This document shows positions 19,289 to 29,311 of a stretch of DNA of 64,000 bases, one piece after another; the stretch's first letter is position 1, and the number at the start of each line of letters is the position of its first letter. The translations under genes were made by a program, and so were the position numbers. Origin of the DNA: a virus (lineage: Duplodnaviria; Caudoviricetes). The stretch spans positions 96,001-160,000 of IMG/VR virus record IMGVR_UViG_3300015606_001334; one strand, given 5' to 3'. Below the pieces are notes generated by a model, which worked only from the letters and a program-made list of their open reading frames with translations, did not search any database and was not told the origin of the DNA.

Positions 19289-20407
19289 TTAGGATACTGC
19301 GAAAACTTCTTCCATCTTTTGTTCAGAAGGGGTGGACAACTTCTTACCATCTGGCAGGATCACGTTGTGGAAGGTGGTAGGATAACGGTAGAACCACTTA
19401 CCATGCTTCGAAACTGAGCTAACCACAGAAGAGGTAGCGGTGAAGCGAGAGCCATCCTTGAACTCGAAGTGAAGGTCACATTCAACCTTACCTTGACCAA
19501 GACGTACGTTGTCGAGCTTGACGCCCTTCATGTTGTTCTTCTTGTATATCACATAAGCGATCTTGCCAGTATTCTTGTAGATGAAGCCGTCAATCAGCTG
19601 GTCAGCAGCATCCTGAGCCATCTTCTTGATGAAGTCCTTCCAATCCTTGGTCAGCTTCATGTCAGCATCGACCATACGGGAGAACAGGAAGGAAAGCATT
19701 GGGTGATCGGCAAAATGATCGTAAGCTTTCATGCGCTTGATACCAGGATTTGCTTCAAGGTACGAAACGATTTGGTCGGCCATCTTGGTAAGGAACTTGT
19801 GTTCGTTACCGAAGATTTCTTCACGCTTGTCCTTAGTCAGATCGGTCAGGATCTCGATAACCTTCTTGACGTCCTTATGGCCAACGTACTTCTTCATCCA
19901 AGCATCAGATTCTTCCTTCTTGGCATCAGCAGCTTCTTTCTTGCGAGCTGCTGCAGAAACCTTGTTGTCCTTCAGCCATTGCATGAGGCCAACGATAGGA
20001 GAGAAGTCTTCGTTGAACTTGACCATTTCAGAATAACCAGCAAACTCCTTTGCTGTAGGAGAAGCCTTGGAAAGTTTCTTTCCGTAGAACTTGAGTTCTT
20101 GAACACCATGGACGTAACCAATATCCCAGTAGACTTCATCAGGAGTCTTACCAGCTTGACCATGGAAATACTTCTTTGCGACGAGTTCTTCGAACGCCTT
20201 GTCAACGAAGACGTTCATTTCATACTTGATGTCTTCGAAAGCTGTGGAGATAACTTCACCGTTACGCAGAGCATTCTCGATCTTCGGGACAATTTCCTGA
20301 AGTTGCTTCATGCGACGGTAACCAAAGGATTCAGCAAGTTTGATCAACTTTTCAGTATCAAACTTAGGAGCTTCAGCACTTTCTTTCAGCAGGTCTTGAA
20401 CTTTCAT
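19289..20407 (-). CDS. putative internal head protein
   Basis: 372 aa; MKVQDLLKES leader resembling a T4 capsid-targeting sequence with an E cleavage site. Confidence 0.6.
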   Translation of the reverse strand: MKVQDLLKESAEAPKFDTEKLIKLAESFGYRRMKQLQEIVPKIENALRNGEVISTAFEDIKYEMNVFVDKAFEELVAKKYFHGQAGKTPDEVYWDIGYVHGVQELKFYGKKLSKASPTAKEFAGYSEMVKFNEDFSPIVGLMQWLKDNKVSAAARKKEAADAKKEESDAWMKKYVGHKDVKKVIEILTDLTKDKREEIFGNEHKFLTKMADQIVSYLEANPGIKRMKAYDHFADHPMLSFLFSRMVDADMKLTKDWKDFIKKMAQDAADQLIDGFIYKNTGKIAYVIYKKNNMKGVKLDNVRLGQGKVECDLHFEFKDGSRFTATSSVVSSVSKHGKWFYRYPTTFHNVILPDGKKLSTPSEQKMEEVFAVS

Positions 20408-20433
20408 CGAGTATCTCCTATCCGTTATGAGTA

Positions 20434-21099
20434 TTATAACTCAATTTTCTTTCCATTGACATAGATTTCTTTAACAAATTTCACCTTCTCAGCGGACTTA
20501 GGAGGTTTACGACGTTCGTCTTCTGGAATGATACCATCTTCTTTTAGTGACTTGAGCATCTCATCGGAGATATGACGAGCTCTCAAACCGTCACGTAGGA
20601 AGAAATGCACTGGGAATTTGGAAGATGCATGAAGACCCATTTCGCCTTCATTCATGAAGCTCAATAGCGCAAGCATTCGTGCTCGGCCTTCATGACCCAT
20701 AACGGTTGCATAACCACCTTCACCAATATCTGAAAGAGTGATGTCGATGAATGGAGCACCAATTGGATAACCTTCTGCGATAACCTTCTTAAAATCGGAT
20801 GCGGATTCTTCTCGCTGACCATTATGATTTGCAGCCAAGGTTAGGAACTCTTTTGGTGATAGGAAGCTGACGAAGCCTTTGTAATCGACGTTCTGGTTGT
20901 CTGGAACTGCTCCCATACCATGAGCATTGTCGAAATAAATGTTGCCAACTCGATATTTAGATTCGAAATTTGATGGCGAAGGTTCTTCTAGCTTGTGAAT
21001 ATCCTCGATACTTAAGTTCTTGCCTTCATAGTAAGAAATCAAGTTGCGAAAAGAATCAGAATCTTCTTTAAGGAATGCTTTGAATGTGAGCTTTTTCAT
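20434..21099 (-). CDS. late protein with ParB/Srx-like motif
   Basis: MKKLTFKAFLKE leader; VMGHEGRAR; ATAAATA promoter near 21130. Confidence 0.55.
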   Translation of the reverse strand: MKKLTFKAFLKEDSDSFRNLISYYEGKNLSIEDIHKLEEPSPSNFESKYRVGNIYFDNAHGMGAVPDNQNVDYKGFVSFLSPKEFLTLAANHNGQREESASDFKKVIAEGYPIGAPFIDITLSDIGEGGYATVMGHEGRARMLALLSFMNEGEMGLHASSKFPVHFFLRDGLRARHISDEMLKSLKEDGIIPEDERRKPPKSAEKVKFVKEIYVNGKKIEL

Positions 21100-21172
21100 G
21101 ATAAGTAGGTAACAAAATTTCCATTACCTATTTATCACAAAATAAAGGGATAGCAAAAACTATCCCCTCTTT

Positions 21173-21664
21173 TTAATTACCGTGTACTGGGCAATCTAAT
21201 GAAATGATCCGACGATCTGTGCCTCTCCAATCGGCATTGTCCATATTTGGGCAAGTACACTTTGGCACTCGATACCATTCATGAAAATTGCGATCTTGGG
21301 GGAAGTGCCAAGCTTTTTGCATCTCAAACTCGATACATTCGACTTCACGCGCATATTCTCGCAGCTTTTCACGATCATCTGTGGCACGCATCAAATCAAA
21401 GTACTTTAACTTTTCAGCATGAAGGAATTTAAGATGCCGAAGCTCAGAAACATCCAATCCCTGCTTAAGAATAAGGGAGGAGTTGAGATGATAAACATCC
21501 TTGCCATTATAGGTGACAAGAGTATCTTCACCTAGAAGCTCAAGGACTTTTTCACTGTCAGTTTTTTGGCGAGCAACTGCAGCATTTCGCTGCGCCGCCA
21601 TGATTGCCATGAAATGGTCCTCTGCAGTTGGCGGAGAATAAGAAGATCCTCTTTTATTTGACAT
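21173..21664 (-). CDS. hypothetical protein with zinc-binding motif
   Basis: CTCP.MDN...CPVH. Confidence 0.65.
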   Translation of the reverse strand: MSNKRGSSYSPPTAEDHFMAIMAAQRNAAVARQKTDSEKVLELLGEDTLVTYNGKDVYHLNSSLILKQGLDVSELRHLKFLHAEKLKYFDLMRATDDREKLREYAREVECIEFEMQKAWHFPQDRNFHEWYRVPKCTCPNMDNADWRGTDRRIISLDCPVHGN

Positions 21665-22127
21665 CGATTTTTCCTTGTTTAAGTAGTTGACGGACTTTCA
21701 TTAGACGCGAGCAAAACTCTCGCTCAGTTAGAACTGTTTCAGCCTCTTTGCTTCGTCCAATTGAATGAGAAAGCACTGCGTTCTGGGTAGCTAATAGAGC
21801 TTTACGAAATGAATCACTTTGTTCAGCCATAGTGAGGTAAGCGCGATCTAAAAAGTTTTGGTATTCTTCGCCTTTTCGATCCATGGCGATGCCTTGCCAC
21901 CAAAGTTTTTGCACTCGTTGCCAAGCGCCGTTCCGATTTATTCCTCGGAACTTTGCTTCCTTACCCACAAGCTTGCATACTTCAACTTGAATATGGATTT
22001 TGTCAAACTTCAATGATTGAAGTAAACCTTCCATAGAAGCCACGCGCACCCCATCAAGAGTGAAAGGGTGAGGGGCGAAATTCGAAAGCGCTGCTGCTGG
22101 GTATCCACATCCCGATTTGATGTCCAT
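21654..22127 (-). CDS. NADAR/YbiA-like phage protein
   Basis: LSNFAPHPF.LDG...SMEGLLQSLKF, F.KALLAT. Confidence 0.7.
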   Translation of the reverse strand: MDIKSGCGYPAAALSNFAPHPFTLDGVRVASMEGLLQSLKFDKIHIQVEVCKLVGKEAKFRGINRNGAWQRVQKLWWQGIAMDRKGEEYQNFLDRAYLTMAEQSDSFRKALLATQNAVLSHSIGRSKEAETVLTEREFCSRLMKVRQLLKQGKIDVK

Positions 22128-22405
22128 TTTACGGTCTCTTTATTTCGGTGATGCTTGAACTCATTTAAACCCCAAACATCAGTAATAGGAGGCGAACATT
22201 GCGGATGATTGTTTGCCAATTTGATAATGGCCGCGAAAACCTCTGGAGGAAATCCTAATCGATTTCCACGCTCATCAACAATTAGGGTCCTAAGATACTC
22301 TTCACCTTCAGCAGTTCCCCATGATAAGCGTAGACGGATCGCAATACGATCAAACCCGCCAGTTGAAATTATATCAAAAAGATTTTCGAGTTCAGATTTT
22401 TCCAT
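22010..22405 (-). CDS. hypothetical protein resembling a proteobacterial family
   Basis: WGT.E...YL..LIVDERG.R.GFPPEV motif. Confidence 0.55.
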   Translation of the reverse strand: MEKSELENLFDIISTGGFDRIAIRLRLSWGTAEGEEYLRTLIVDERGNRLGFPPEVFAAIIKLANNHPQCSPPITDVWGLNEFKHHRNKETVKWTSNRDVDTQQQRFRISPLTLSLLMGCAWLLWKVYFNH

Positions 22406-22468
22406 TATTTCTAAAGAGGGAGCCGTTTATTGACAGCTCCCTCACCTTTGAGTTGAGTTCAACTCTAT

Positions 22469-23578
22469 TTATTTCTTTGGAGCAGAAGGCCCTTCAGTAA
22501 ATGCAACGCCGACCTTCGGCCAGTAAAGCACTGAAGATCCTGCAGGAAGCTTGCGGTTCACAGAAGTCGACTGAATGAAGATGTCGAAGTTTCCATGGTT
22601 TCCAGGAGCAAGCTTCACGTCACCATAATGCGGCAGACCCAACATGTCACGAGCTGCAGAGCCACCGTAAATCATCTTGGTGCCCTTGTCACGAATGACA
22701 ATTTGCTTGTAGTCTTGAACTTTCTTTTCGAGCTTGGTTAGCTCATAGAATGCCGCACCCTTAAGCATGCCGTCAGCCCCAAGACGCTTTTCGCAGAAGT
22801 CTCGAACCTGGATACCGTCTTCTTGAGGAAGGACTGGCCACATGCTAATTTCAGAAGAGATGTCAGTCAAGACACTCTTGACTTCATTTGCAGATACCTT
22901 GGAAAGGTCGGCATAGAAGGTAGAAGTAGAACGAAGACCCTTGGAACGTGCGCCATAGAAGCTGTCCATTGCCGCATTGGTTGCTTGAGTTGCAACTTGA
23001 ACGCCGCGTTCAGTTTGATCCCATTCAAGGATGTTGCCTTCAGGAAGACCAAGGGAAACCAATTGGCGCTTGTAGCCACGCGGAACTCGGAATACGAAGG
23101 TCCAACGATCAGTTGCTTGCAATGCGCGGATTTCCTTGCCAAGAGCAGGACCCGACCATTTACGAGAAGCGTTGTCTTCGCCATCAGTGATCACCATGAT
23201 CAGGAAGGAAACGTCAGGATTGTCGACGTCTGGCACCTTCTTGAAGGCGTCAATCAGCTCGCCGACGGAGTCGAAAAGCGGAGTGCTGTTGCCATTGGCA
23301 TTGTATTGGTCTTCAGGGATCGGTTGGATCGCAAGAATATTGGAGTGGATTGACTCAAACACGTTCTGCGTGTCAGATGAGTAGGTGTTAACCCGATCAT
23401 TCGACAGTCCACGGAAACCACACTTCATCACGCTAACAATCGTATCTTGATTGTGCGCAATTGCTGCTTCACGGATGGATTGGATGTTTGAATTGAAGTC
23501 GCGAGCTGCTGCTCTTGCAATGCTTCTCATGGAAGCGGAATGGTCGCGACTGAAGCCGATGTAATTCTTGATAGTCAT
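22469..23578 (-). CDS. von Willebrand factor A domain protein
   Basis: MIDAS-like DHSASM, STPLFDSVG, VITDGEDNAS. Confidence 0.85.
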   Translation of the reverse strand: MTIKNYIGFSRDHSASMRSIARAAARDFNSNIQSIREAAIAHNQDTIVSVMKCGFRGLSNDRVNTYSSDTQNVFESIHSNILAIQPIPEDQYNANGNSTPLFDSVGELIDAFKKVPDVDNPDVSFLIMVITDGEDNASRKWSGPALGKEIRALQATDRWTFVFRVPRGYKRQLVSLGLPEGNILEWDQTERGVQVATQATNAAMDSFYGARSKGLRSTSTFYADLSKVSANEVKSVLTDISSEISMWPVLPQEDGIQVRDFCEKRLGADGMLKGAAFYELTKLEKKVQDYKQIVIRDKGTKMIYGGSAARDMLGLPHYGDVKLAPGNHGNFDIFIQSTSVNRKLPAGSSVLYWPKVGVAFTEGPSAPKK

Positions 23579-23707
23579 AAAAACTCTCCTAAACGGTAAA
23601 CAAAACGAAAAATAAAAACAAACTTACAGATGTATTTATCTTTTCCTGATGAGAATTTTCCTCATATTAAAATTATATCATCGAATTACGACTTCGTAAA
23701 CAAGAAT

Positions 23708-23891
23708 TTACTTCTTGTTTTTAAAGTCCGTTGCATACCATCCAGTACCTTTCAGCGCAAATCCAGCTGAAGACACCTGCTTTTCAAGATCCTTTGAAGC
23801 GCAGTCTGGACAAACTTTGTCCTCTTCTTTTCGTACTAGCTTCTCAAATACTTTGATAAATGAAGTGGTACTTCTTTTGTTTCCTTGGCAT
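23708..23891 (-). pseudogene. deletion scar: 5' stub of a GIY-YIG homing endonuclease fused out of frame to the 3' part of an FmdB-like zinc-ribbon gene
   Basis: MPRKQKKYHFIY identical to the 52363..53055 N-terminus, then stop; other frame CPDC.SKDLEKQVSSAGFALKGTGWYATDF has no start. Confidence 0.7.
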
Positions 23892-23951
23892 TCATTTTAC
23901 TCCAAACTCCTTTAGATTTATTTATAGAATGAGGAACAAAATGTTACCGGG

Positions 23952-24023
23952 TGGGTAATGTGGGGATCGAACCCACGACCCGCGGATTTAGAATCCGCTG
24001 CTCTACCATTGAGCTAATTACCC
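23952..24023 (-). tRNA. amber suppressor tRNA (anticodon CUA), Lys-like body
   Basis: cloverleaf GGGTAAT..GCGGA TTCTAAA TCCGC..GTTCGATC; no encoded CCA. Confidence 0.85.
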
Positions 24024-24281
24024 GTAACAAGTTAAGAGAATTATATTCCAATCCTCTCAACTTGTAAACTACTTTTTGAAACTAATCTCCACCACCGCCA
24101 TCAGAGCAAGATGGCGAATCACAAGAAGGAGATGAATCCACCGGTGTAAAACTTGAAACACTTTCGAAAATGTCGGAAGGAGTAGAACTACCGAAACGAG
24201 AGCGATCGCGAGCTTCTGCTACTGCACGATCACGTTTTTGTTTTTCTTCTTCCCTTCGTTTTTGCCACATCCATAGAGACA

Positions 24282-24581
24282 TTATTTTACTCCATAAAAA
24301 CGGTCCACGAAATCCATAGGCAATGGATATTCCCAATACCCATAGTAGTCACATTTGACAAACCCTGCAGTAAGGCCTTCACAGATCCCAGACGAGAATG
24401 TCAGCTCATCGCCCCGCAAGTAACGCTCGAAAGCCACACGCACATTGGCATCATCATGAGTGTTGTACACATGATCAATTGCTTCTTGTGTTAGTTCGAG
24501 GTATTGAGTTGCTTCTTCGTTGAAGAAGTATTCGGCGACATTGTATAGCCGAGCAGCGGGCGAATCAATTTTCATTTTCAA
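24282..24581 (-). CDS. hypothetical protein
   Basis: 99-aa ORF after an early promoter. Confidence 0.6.
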   Translation of the reverse strand: MKMKIDSPAARLYNVAEYFFNEEATQYLELTQEAIDHVYNTHDDANVRVAFERYLRGDELTFSSGICEGLTAGFVKCDYYGYWEYPLPMDFVDRFYGVK

Positions 24582-24641
24582 CTTTTGTGATACTCGAATA
24601 GAGATAGTTGAAATTATAAACTGATTTTGCCTGCGTGTAAA

Positions 24642-24860
24642 CTACTTTTTGTTTTTCTCTTGGCTGTCTTTGAAAGACATCTTCTTATGCGCAAGACCGA
24701 GCTTAAACTGAACGGTCTTGTTTACATACGCCCAGAACTTACCGTCCTCTTTCTCGAACTTCTTTGACGCTTCAGATTTAACCTTGTCCCAGATTTTTTC
24801 GACATCTTCGACTGATTTATCTGCACGTTCGGCGAATGACTTAATTACGGCGTTTGGCAT
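24642..24860 (-). CDS. small basic hypothetical protein
   Basis: 72-aa ORF. Confidence 0.65.
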   Translation of the reverse strand: MPNAVIKSFAERADKSVEDVEKIWDKVKSEASKKFEKEDGKFWAYVNKTVQFKLGLAHKKMSFKDSQEKNKK

Positions 24861-24879
24861 GGCTTTATTCCAAAAATTC

Positions 24880-25269
24880 TTAGTTGATGCTCTTCAAGAT
24901 TTCAGAGTATGGCTGGGTAACGTCAATCTTAGTTAGCGACTGAAGATCGGCTTCTGGGAAGTCTGCTAGTTGTTCAATCTTTAGAGCTATATTGTTTGCT
25001 TCTTGAACTGCTTGGTGAGCATGAGAGAAATCATAGAACAAGCGAGTTGCAGAGCAATCGTAGAACCAGCTCCAGTAACCTGCTTCATCGTCAAATAGAG
25101 TGTAACGGGTATAGGTTAGGCGGTCTTCAGAAAGGTCGTAATAAGCGCCCCTAAAAGAAGCGTGCTCGGCGCGCTGCTTGAAGAACTGTTCGCTGATGTC
25201 AAGAAATTCTGCTGGTGTGAATTCAACATCGACGCTTGGTCTTACTTGGGTAATTTTTTGAACGAACAT
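24880..25269 (-). CDS. hypothetical late protein
   Basis: AGGAG RBS, TATAAATA near 25306-25313. Confidence 0.65.
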   Translation of the reverse strand: MFVQKITQVRPSVDVEFTPAEFLDISEQFFKQRAEHASFRGAYYDLSEDRLTYTRYTLFDDEAGYWSWFYDCSATRLFYDFSHAHQAVQEANNIALKIEQLADFPEADLQSLTKIDVTQPYSEILKSIN

Positions 25270-25331
25270 TTTTGATACTCCTTAATGGGAATGCTTTAGT
25301 TTTCTTATTTATACAAGATCTACCAAATCGT

Positions 25332-25994
25332 TCACTGCTGATCGATACTTTGGAGGACCTCATCGTATGAGGTTTCAGAGGTCGCCTTATCGAGAACAAC
25401 CTTGCCACCTCTACCAAAACAAACAATGCGTGTGCTCAACTCCAAAGCTTCATGTATATCATGTGTGATATAAACGACGGTACGATCAGCACAGAACGTC
25501 TTAAGATCTTTACGGATTTGGTGACCGGTGATAGCATCAACTGAGCAAAGAGGCTCATCCATTAAGATCAGTTTTGCGTCTGACGAAAGAGCTCTCGCAA
25601 TTGAAGCTCTTTGCTTCGTGCCGATTGATACTTCTTTTGGGAGCATGTCAAGATACTGGGAGATCTTCATCATCTCTGCGTATTTCTCGACATTAGACTT
25701 ATTCGTAGAACCAAGCTCAATGTTCTTACGAAGGGTCATCCAAGGCAGAATGAAAAAGTCTTGGTATGCAACACCTATCTTCTTTGATGGTCTCGTGACA
25801 ATCTCTCCGTTGATCTTGACAGATCCTTTCGTTGGCTTTACATTCCCAAGTATCGTGTTGAGAAGGACGGTCTTACCGCAACCTGACTTGCCTAAGAAAC
25901 AGACAAATTCTCCCTCATTTATGTTAAGAGAAAAATTCCTATAGATCGTCTTTGTATCAAAGGCGATATTGATGTTTTCAATTTCGATTTGCAT
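25332..25994 (-). CDS. ABC transporter ATP-binding protein (NitT/TauT type)
   Basis: Walker A GKSGCGKT, Q-loop, VSIGTKQR signature, LMDEP, ITHD. Confidence 0.92.
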   Translation of the reverse strand: MQIEIENINIAFDTKTIYRNFSLNINEGEFVCFLGKSGCGKTVLLNTILGNVKPTKGSVKINGEIVTRPSKKIGVAYQDFFILPWMTLRKNIELGSTNKSNVEKYAEMMKISQYLDMLPKEVSIGTKQRASIARALSSDAKLILMDEPLCSVDAITGHQIRKDLKTFCADRTVVYITHDIHEALELSTRIVCFGRGGKVVLDKATSETSYDEVLQSIDQQ

Positions 25995-25995
25995 G

Positions 25996-26721
25996 TTACG
26001 TCCAGCTCAGAATCTTTTTGCGGGTAAATGAAGTTAGGGTTGCAATCGATAGACCTAAAAATCCAATTACCAAAAGCAGGTAGTAGGTTTTGTCGAAATC
26101 AAGATAGTGCGAACTATCAATTAGTCGATAGCCTAATCCACTAGCAGAACCCAGAAGCTCAGCAAGAATGAGCGTCTTAAAGGCTGAGTTAATGCTGATA
26201 TCGATTCCAGAAATGATAGAAGGCATAGATCCTGGCAGGATAACCTTAGCAAATGCAGAAGGCCAAGTCAATTCAAAATTTCGAATTAGAGGCCGGTACT
26301 TATCAATTGTTTGTTCTACACTGTCAATTGTTACGACTAAAGTTGGAACAGCAGAAACAAGGAACACAATGAAAATTGCCGCTGCTTCTGTAATGCCGAA
26401 GATCATTGTAATCAAAGGAGTTAGCGCCGTGATAGGCATCGCTCTTAAACAATTGATAGATCCGATAAGAAGGCCCTTAATCTTTTTGTTTAGCCCGATT
26501 AGAGTACCAAGAGCTATTGAAAATGGTATTGAGATAGAAAGACCGATTGCAAGCCTCGAAAGGCTTGCAATCACGTCCATCTCAATCTCGTTTGACGTAG
26601 TCCATGTTTTAACAAATGATGCAGCAATTTGCTCAATTGTTGGGAAGTAATGAACATTCAGTATAGTGGCAGTTACCTGCCAGCATACTATCAAAAAGAT
26701 TGGGAAGACGATCTTAATCAT
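25996..26721 (-). CDS. ABC transporter permease (NitT/TauT type)
   Basis: SLSRL..G, P..AL.PL, KVILPGSMPSI.SG, AELLG..SGLGY. Confidence 0.9.
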   Translation of the reverse strand: MIKIVFPIFLIVCWQVTATILNVHYFPTIEQIAASFVKTWTTSNEIEMDVIASLSRLAIGLSISIPFSIALGTLIGLNKKIKGLLIGSINCLRAMPITALTPLITMIFGITEAAAIFIVFLVSAVPTLVVTIDSVEQTIDKYRPLIRNFELTWPSAFAKVILPGSMPSIISGIDISINSAFKTLILAELLGSASGLGYRLIDSSHYLDFDKTYYLLLVIGFLGLSIATLTSFTRKKILSWT

Positions 26722-27680
26722 TTAGGTGCAGTGAATTTATAGCTTTGGTTGAATTCAGCTGGGACGGTAAAGGTAAGAGGAACCTTATCGATGCTGCGCA
26801 AGAATCGTAGAAGCCCAACGATATGCTCATTTGCCAAAAGCGGAGTTGCTGTATAAGCAATCGAAGTCTTTGGCGGAGTCAATGCCCTGTATCCTGCTGC
26901 TGTTGCGTCGGCTTGGGCCTGCTCAACTTCTTTGATACGCTTTGGATTGTTAACTGCATTCATCATGTCCTGATAGCATGCACGTAGCTTGGTTTCCTTG
27001 TGTTGAGGGAACTTGCTAGTGGTGTACACTGGACGAGTTACCTGCTTGTAGTCTTCAATCAAAACGGCTTTGCCTGAGTCAGTATATTGTTGAGAGAATG
27101 GGTAGGTTGCGTTAAACGCATCAATCAAACCCTGCTCAAAAGCGATTGGTTGGGCATCAGTTTGAAAGTTCACTACCTTAACATCTGCATTGGCACCAGT
27201 GGTAGAAAGACCACGCTTTTCAAATGCATCAGAAATGATCTGTTCGCTATGCTGTCCCTTAAGGATCGCAACTTTCTTACCCTTCAGCGACTGGTAGGTG
27301 TTTAGTCCTGGACGAGAGATAAGAGCAGAACCGCCTGAAGTAACGTTGGCAAACACCCGAATGTCAACACCCTTGCCAGCTGCAACAAGAGCAGAACCCA
27401 AAGTACCAGTTGCGAGGTCAAATCCTTGGCGATCTAATGCTTGAATCATTCCAGAAGACGGATCGAAACCGGCCGAATTTTTTTGGGTATACTGAACGTC
27501 TAGACCTTGCTTTTTGCAGAAGGTTGGAAGAAGACCGAGCAAAGTGTATGGATCAGTATTGCTGCCGATAATCTTTACGACATTGTCATCTTTATTCTGA
27601 GTTGCAGCATTTGCTGAAACAGAATAGCTTGACGCGGCCAAAATTGAGGATAGGACGATGCTTACGATTTTTTTATTCAT
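26718..27680 (-). CDS. ABC transporter substrate-binding protein (SsuA/TauA/NMT1-like)
   Basis: signal peptide; LKGKKVA, AFEQGLIDA motifs. Confidence 0.85.
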   Translation of the reverse strand: MNKKIVSIVLSSILAASSYSVSANAATQNKDDNVVKIIGSNTDPYTLLGLLPTFCKKQGLDVQYTQKNSAGFDPSSGMIQALDRQGFDLATGTLGSALVAAGKGVDIRVFANVTSGGSALISRPGLNTYQSLKGKKVAILKGQHSEQIISDAFEKRGLSTTGANADVKVVNFQTDAQPIAFEQGLIDAFNATYPFSQQYTDSGKAVLIEDYKQVTRPVYTTSKFPQHKETKLRACYQDMMNAVNNPKRIKEVEQAQADATAAGYRALTPPKTSIAYTATPLLANEHIVGLLRFLRSIDKVPLTFTVPAEFNQSYKFTAPK

Positions 27681-27718
27681 TATGATTTACCTTTTCTATG
27701 AAAATTTCATATTCACTT

Positions 27719-28290
27719 CTAAAACCCTGATGTCTTATCGCTTTTGACACAGATGCGATTTTCGACATCAGGCATAAAGTCTCGCTTTGTTGCTTTCACA
27801 CCATTTATTTCTACGTAGCTTCGAATTTGATCATTGTTTCCAATGTCTCTTTTGAAGTCATCAACGGTTTGTTCCATTAGCAGAAACGGAATAACTTTGT
27901 AAGTCATGATGCTTGCGAGATTATTGTGCTCGACTTCCAAAGAAACCGGGCCAGTTCGTAAATTGCAATCAATAGGAATAAACCTATTTTTGAATGCTAA
28001 AAACTGAAGACCGAAAAATCCTCGATATTCCTTGAAACCAAGGAATGAAAAGAACACATCAATCAGAACTAACAGCTTTTGGAGACCATTCTTGATCGTA
28101 GATTTCAATTAACATTAGATCTTTAGAGTTATTTATCATGATCAGGTATGGCACTTGATCGGTGGCTAAATACTCTTGAATGATGTAATTGCTATTATAA
28201 TACAAATGCTTGACATCTTTAAACTTTTGTTGTGAATACCGGTCCTTTTAATTGAGAAGGAGTAATGCGATTTTCAAGTTTCCGGACCAT
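27719..28290 (-). pseudogene. degraded ATP-grasp paralog
   Basis: fragments in different frames (YSQQKFKDVKH..IIQEY; GLQFL..IDCNLRTGP..KTSG) match 28274..29311. Confidence 0.7.
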
Positions 28291-29311
28291 CCAAGAATTT
28301 TTCGACATACACTTCATAGTCGTCGCGAATGGCTCCTGAAGTTTTCTTTTCAACAACCCTAACGCGGTTTGGGTTTTTATAGAAGACTTTTTTGGTCAAG
28401 GTCTCACCATTCAGTTCTGCGTAACTTCGATATCGTTCAAGTGGCTTATTGCTGATGCACTCTTGAAGTGTCTTGTCTCCAACCATGAATGGAACTAGTT
28501 TATAGACTCTTGTATCCATAAGTCCATGAAGCTCAAGTTGACATGAAATTGGACCAGTTCTGGTGTTAAAGTCCATGATGTAGAACTTATCACCTTCAAC
28601 TAGGAACTGGACATTGAATATCGACTTGAGCTTATCGTAACCAATAAACTTTATAAAAGCACGAAGCTTGTCGATTTGTTCCTTGTAATGAGGAATCAGA
28701 TGGGCTTGTGACTCTATATACGCAGAGAAGAATTTTCCATGATGATCTGGAAGATATTCATATTCTACAATATCGCAATTGAATAGCTCTTCACCATTGC
28801 TCACTGTTGAGAACATGATGACTTTTGAGGTTTCATGGTACTCTTGAATTACGAAGCCGGGATGACCAAAGAGGTGTTTCACATCCTTAAACTTTTGCTT
28901 GCTGTAACAATCACTACGCGCAGAATATGATCCGCTTGAAATGCGTGGCTTGACAATCACGTTATCTTCGTCTGAGAAATTGTCAACCCTGAAAGTATCA
29001 AGTCCAAACTCTCTTGCCTTTTGTGCTAGAACATCTTTATCAGCCATATTTGGCAGATCTTTACCTGACTTTTCTAAGATCATGCCAAACAGCTTATCAT
29101 TCATGTGCAGAACAAGATCATAATCCTCGTATTTGAATTGAGGAGCCTGAATGATTTTAGTGTTTGGGTAATTGAGCCATTCAACAGGAGCTTCAGGATT
29201 CTCGCTGAAAATCACGTAAGTGTGCTCATAGCCTAGGCCGTTTTTAATGAAGGCTTCTGCTCGTTTAAAGCTTCCAGTTTGATTAGCTCCGATATATGCG
29301 ACTTTTTTCAT
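28274..29311 (-). CDS. ATP-grasp fold protein
   Basis: ADK, VIVKPRISSGS, VIQEY, FNVQFL, FYIMDFNTRTG. Confidence 0.8.
   Translation of the reverse strand: MKKVAYIGANQTGSFKRAEAFIKNGLGYEHTYVIFSENPEAPVEWLNYPNTKIIQAPQFKYEDYDLVLHMNDKLFGMILEKSGKDLPNMADKDVLAQKAREFGLDTFRVDNFSDEDNVIVKPRISSGSYSARSDCYSKQKFKDVKHLFGHPGFVIQEYHETSKVIMFSTVSNGEELFNCDIVEYEYLPDHHGKFFSAYIESQAHLIPHYKEQIDKLRAFIKFIGYDKLKSIFNVQFLVEGDKFYIMDFNTRTGPISCQLELHGLMDTRVYKLVPFMVGDKTLQECISNKPLERYRSYAELNGETLTKKVFYKNPNRVRVVEKKTSGAIRDDYEVYVEKFLDGPET

Noticed and set aside
19469-20464. 331-aa + strand ORF (also 43138..44100, 9654..10358, 11721..12299)
   Set aside because: Antisense shadows of well-supported - strand genes with biased codons; no motifs or RBS
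23892-23951. Theta (HDV-like) ribozyme after the suppressor tRNA
   Set aside because: The sequence is AT-rich and is explained by the endonuclease leader hairpin and late promoter; no nested double pseudoknot seen
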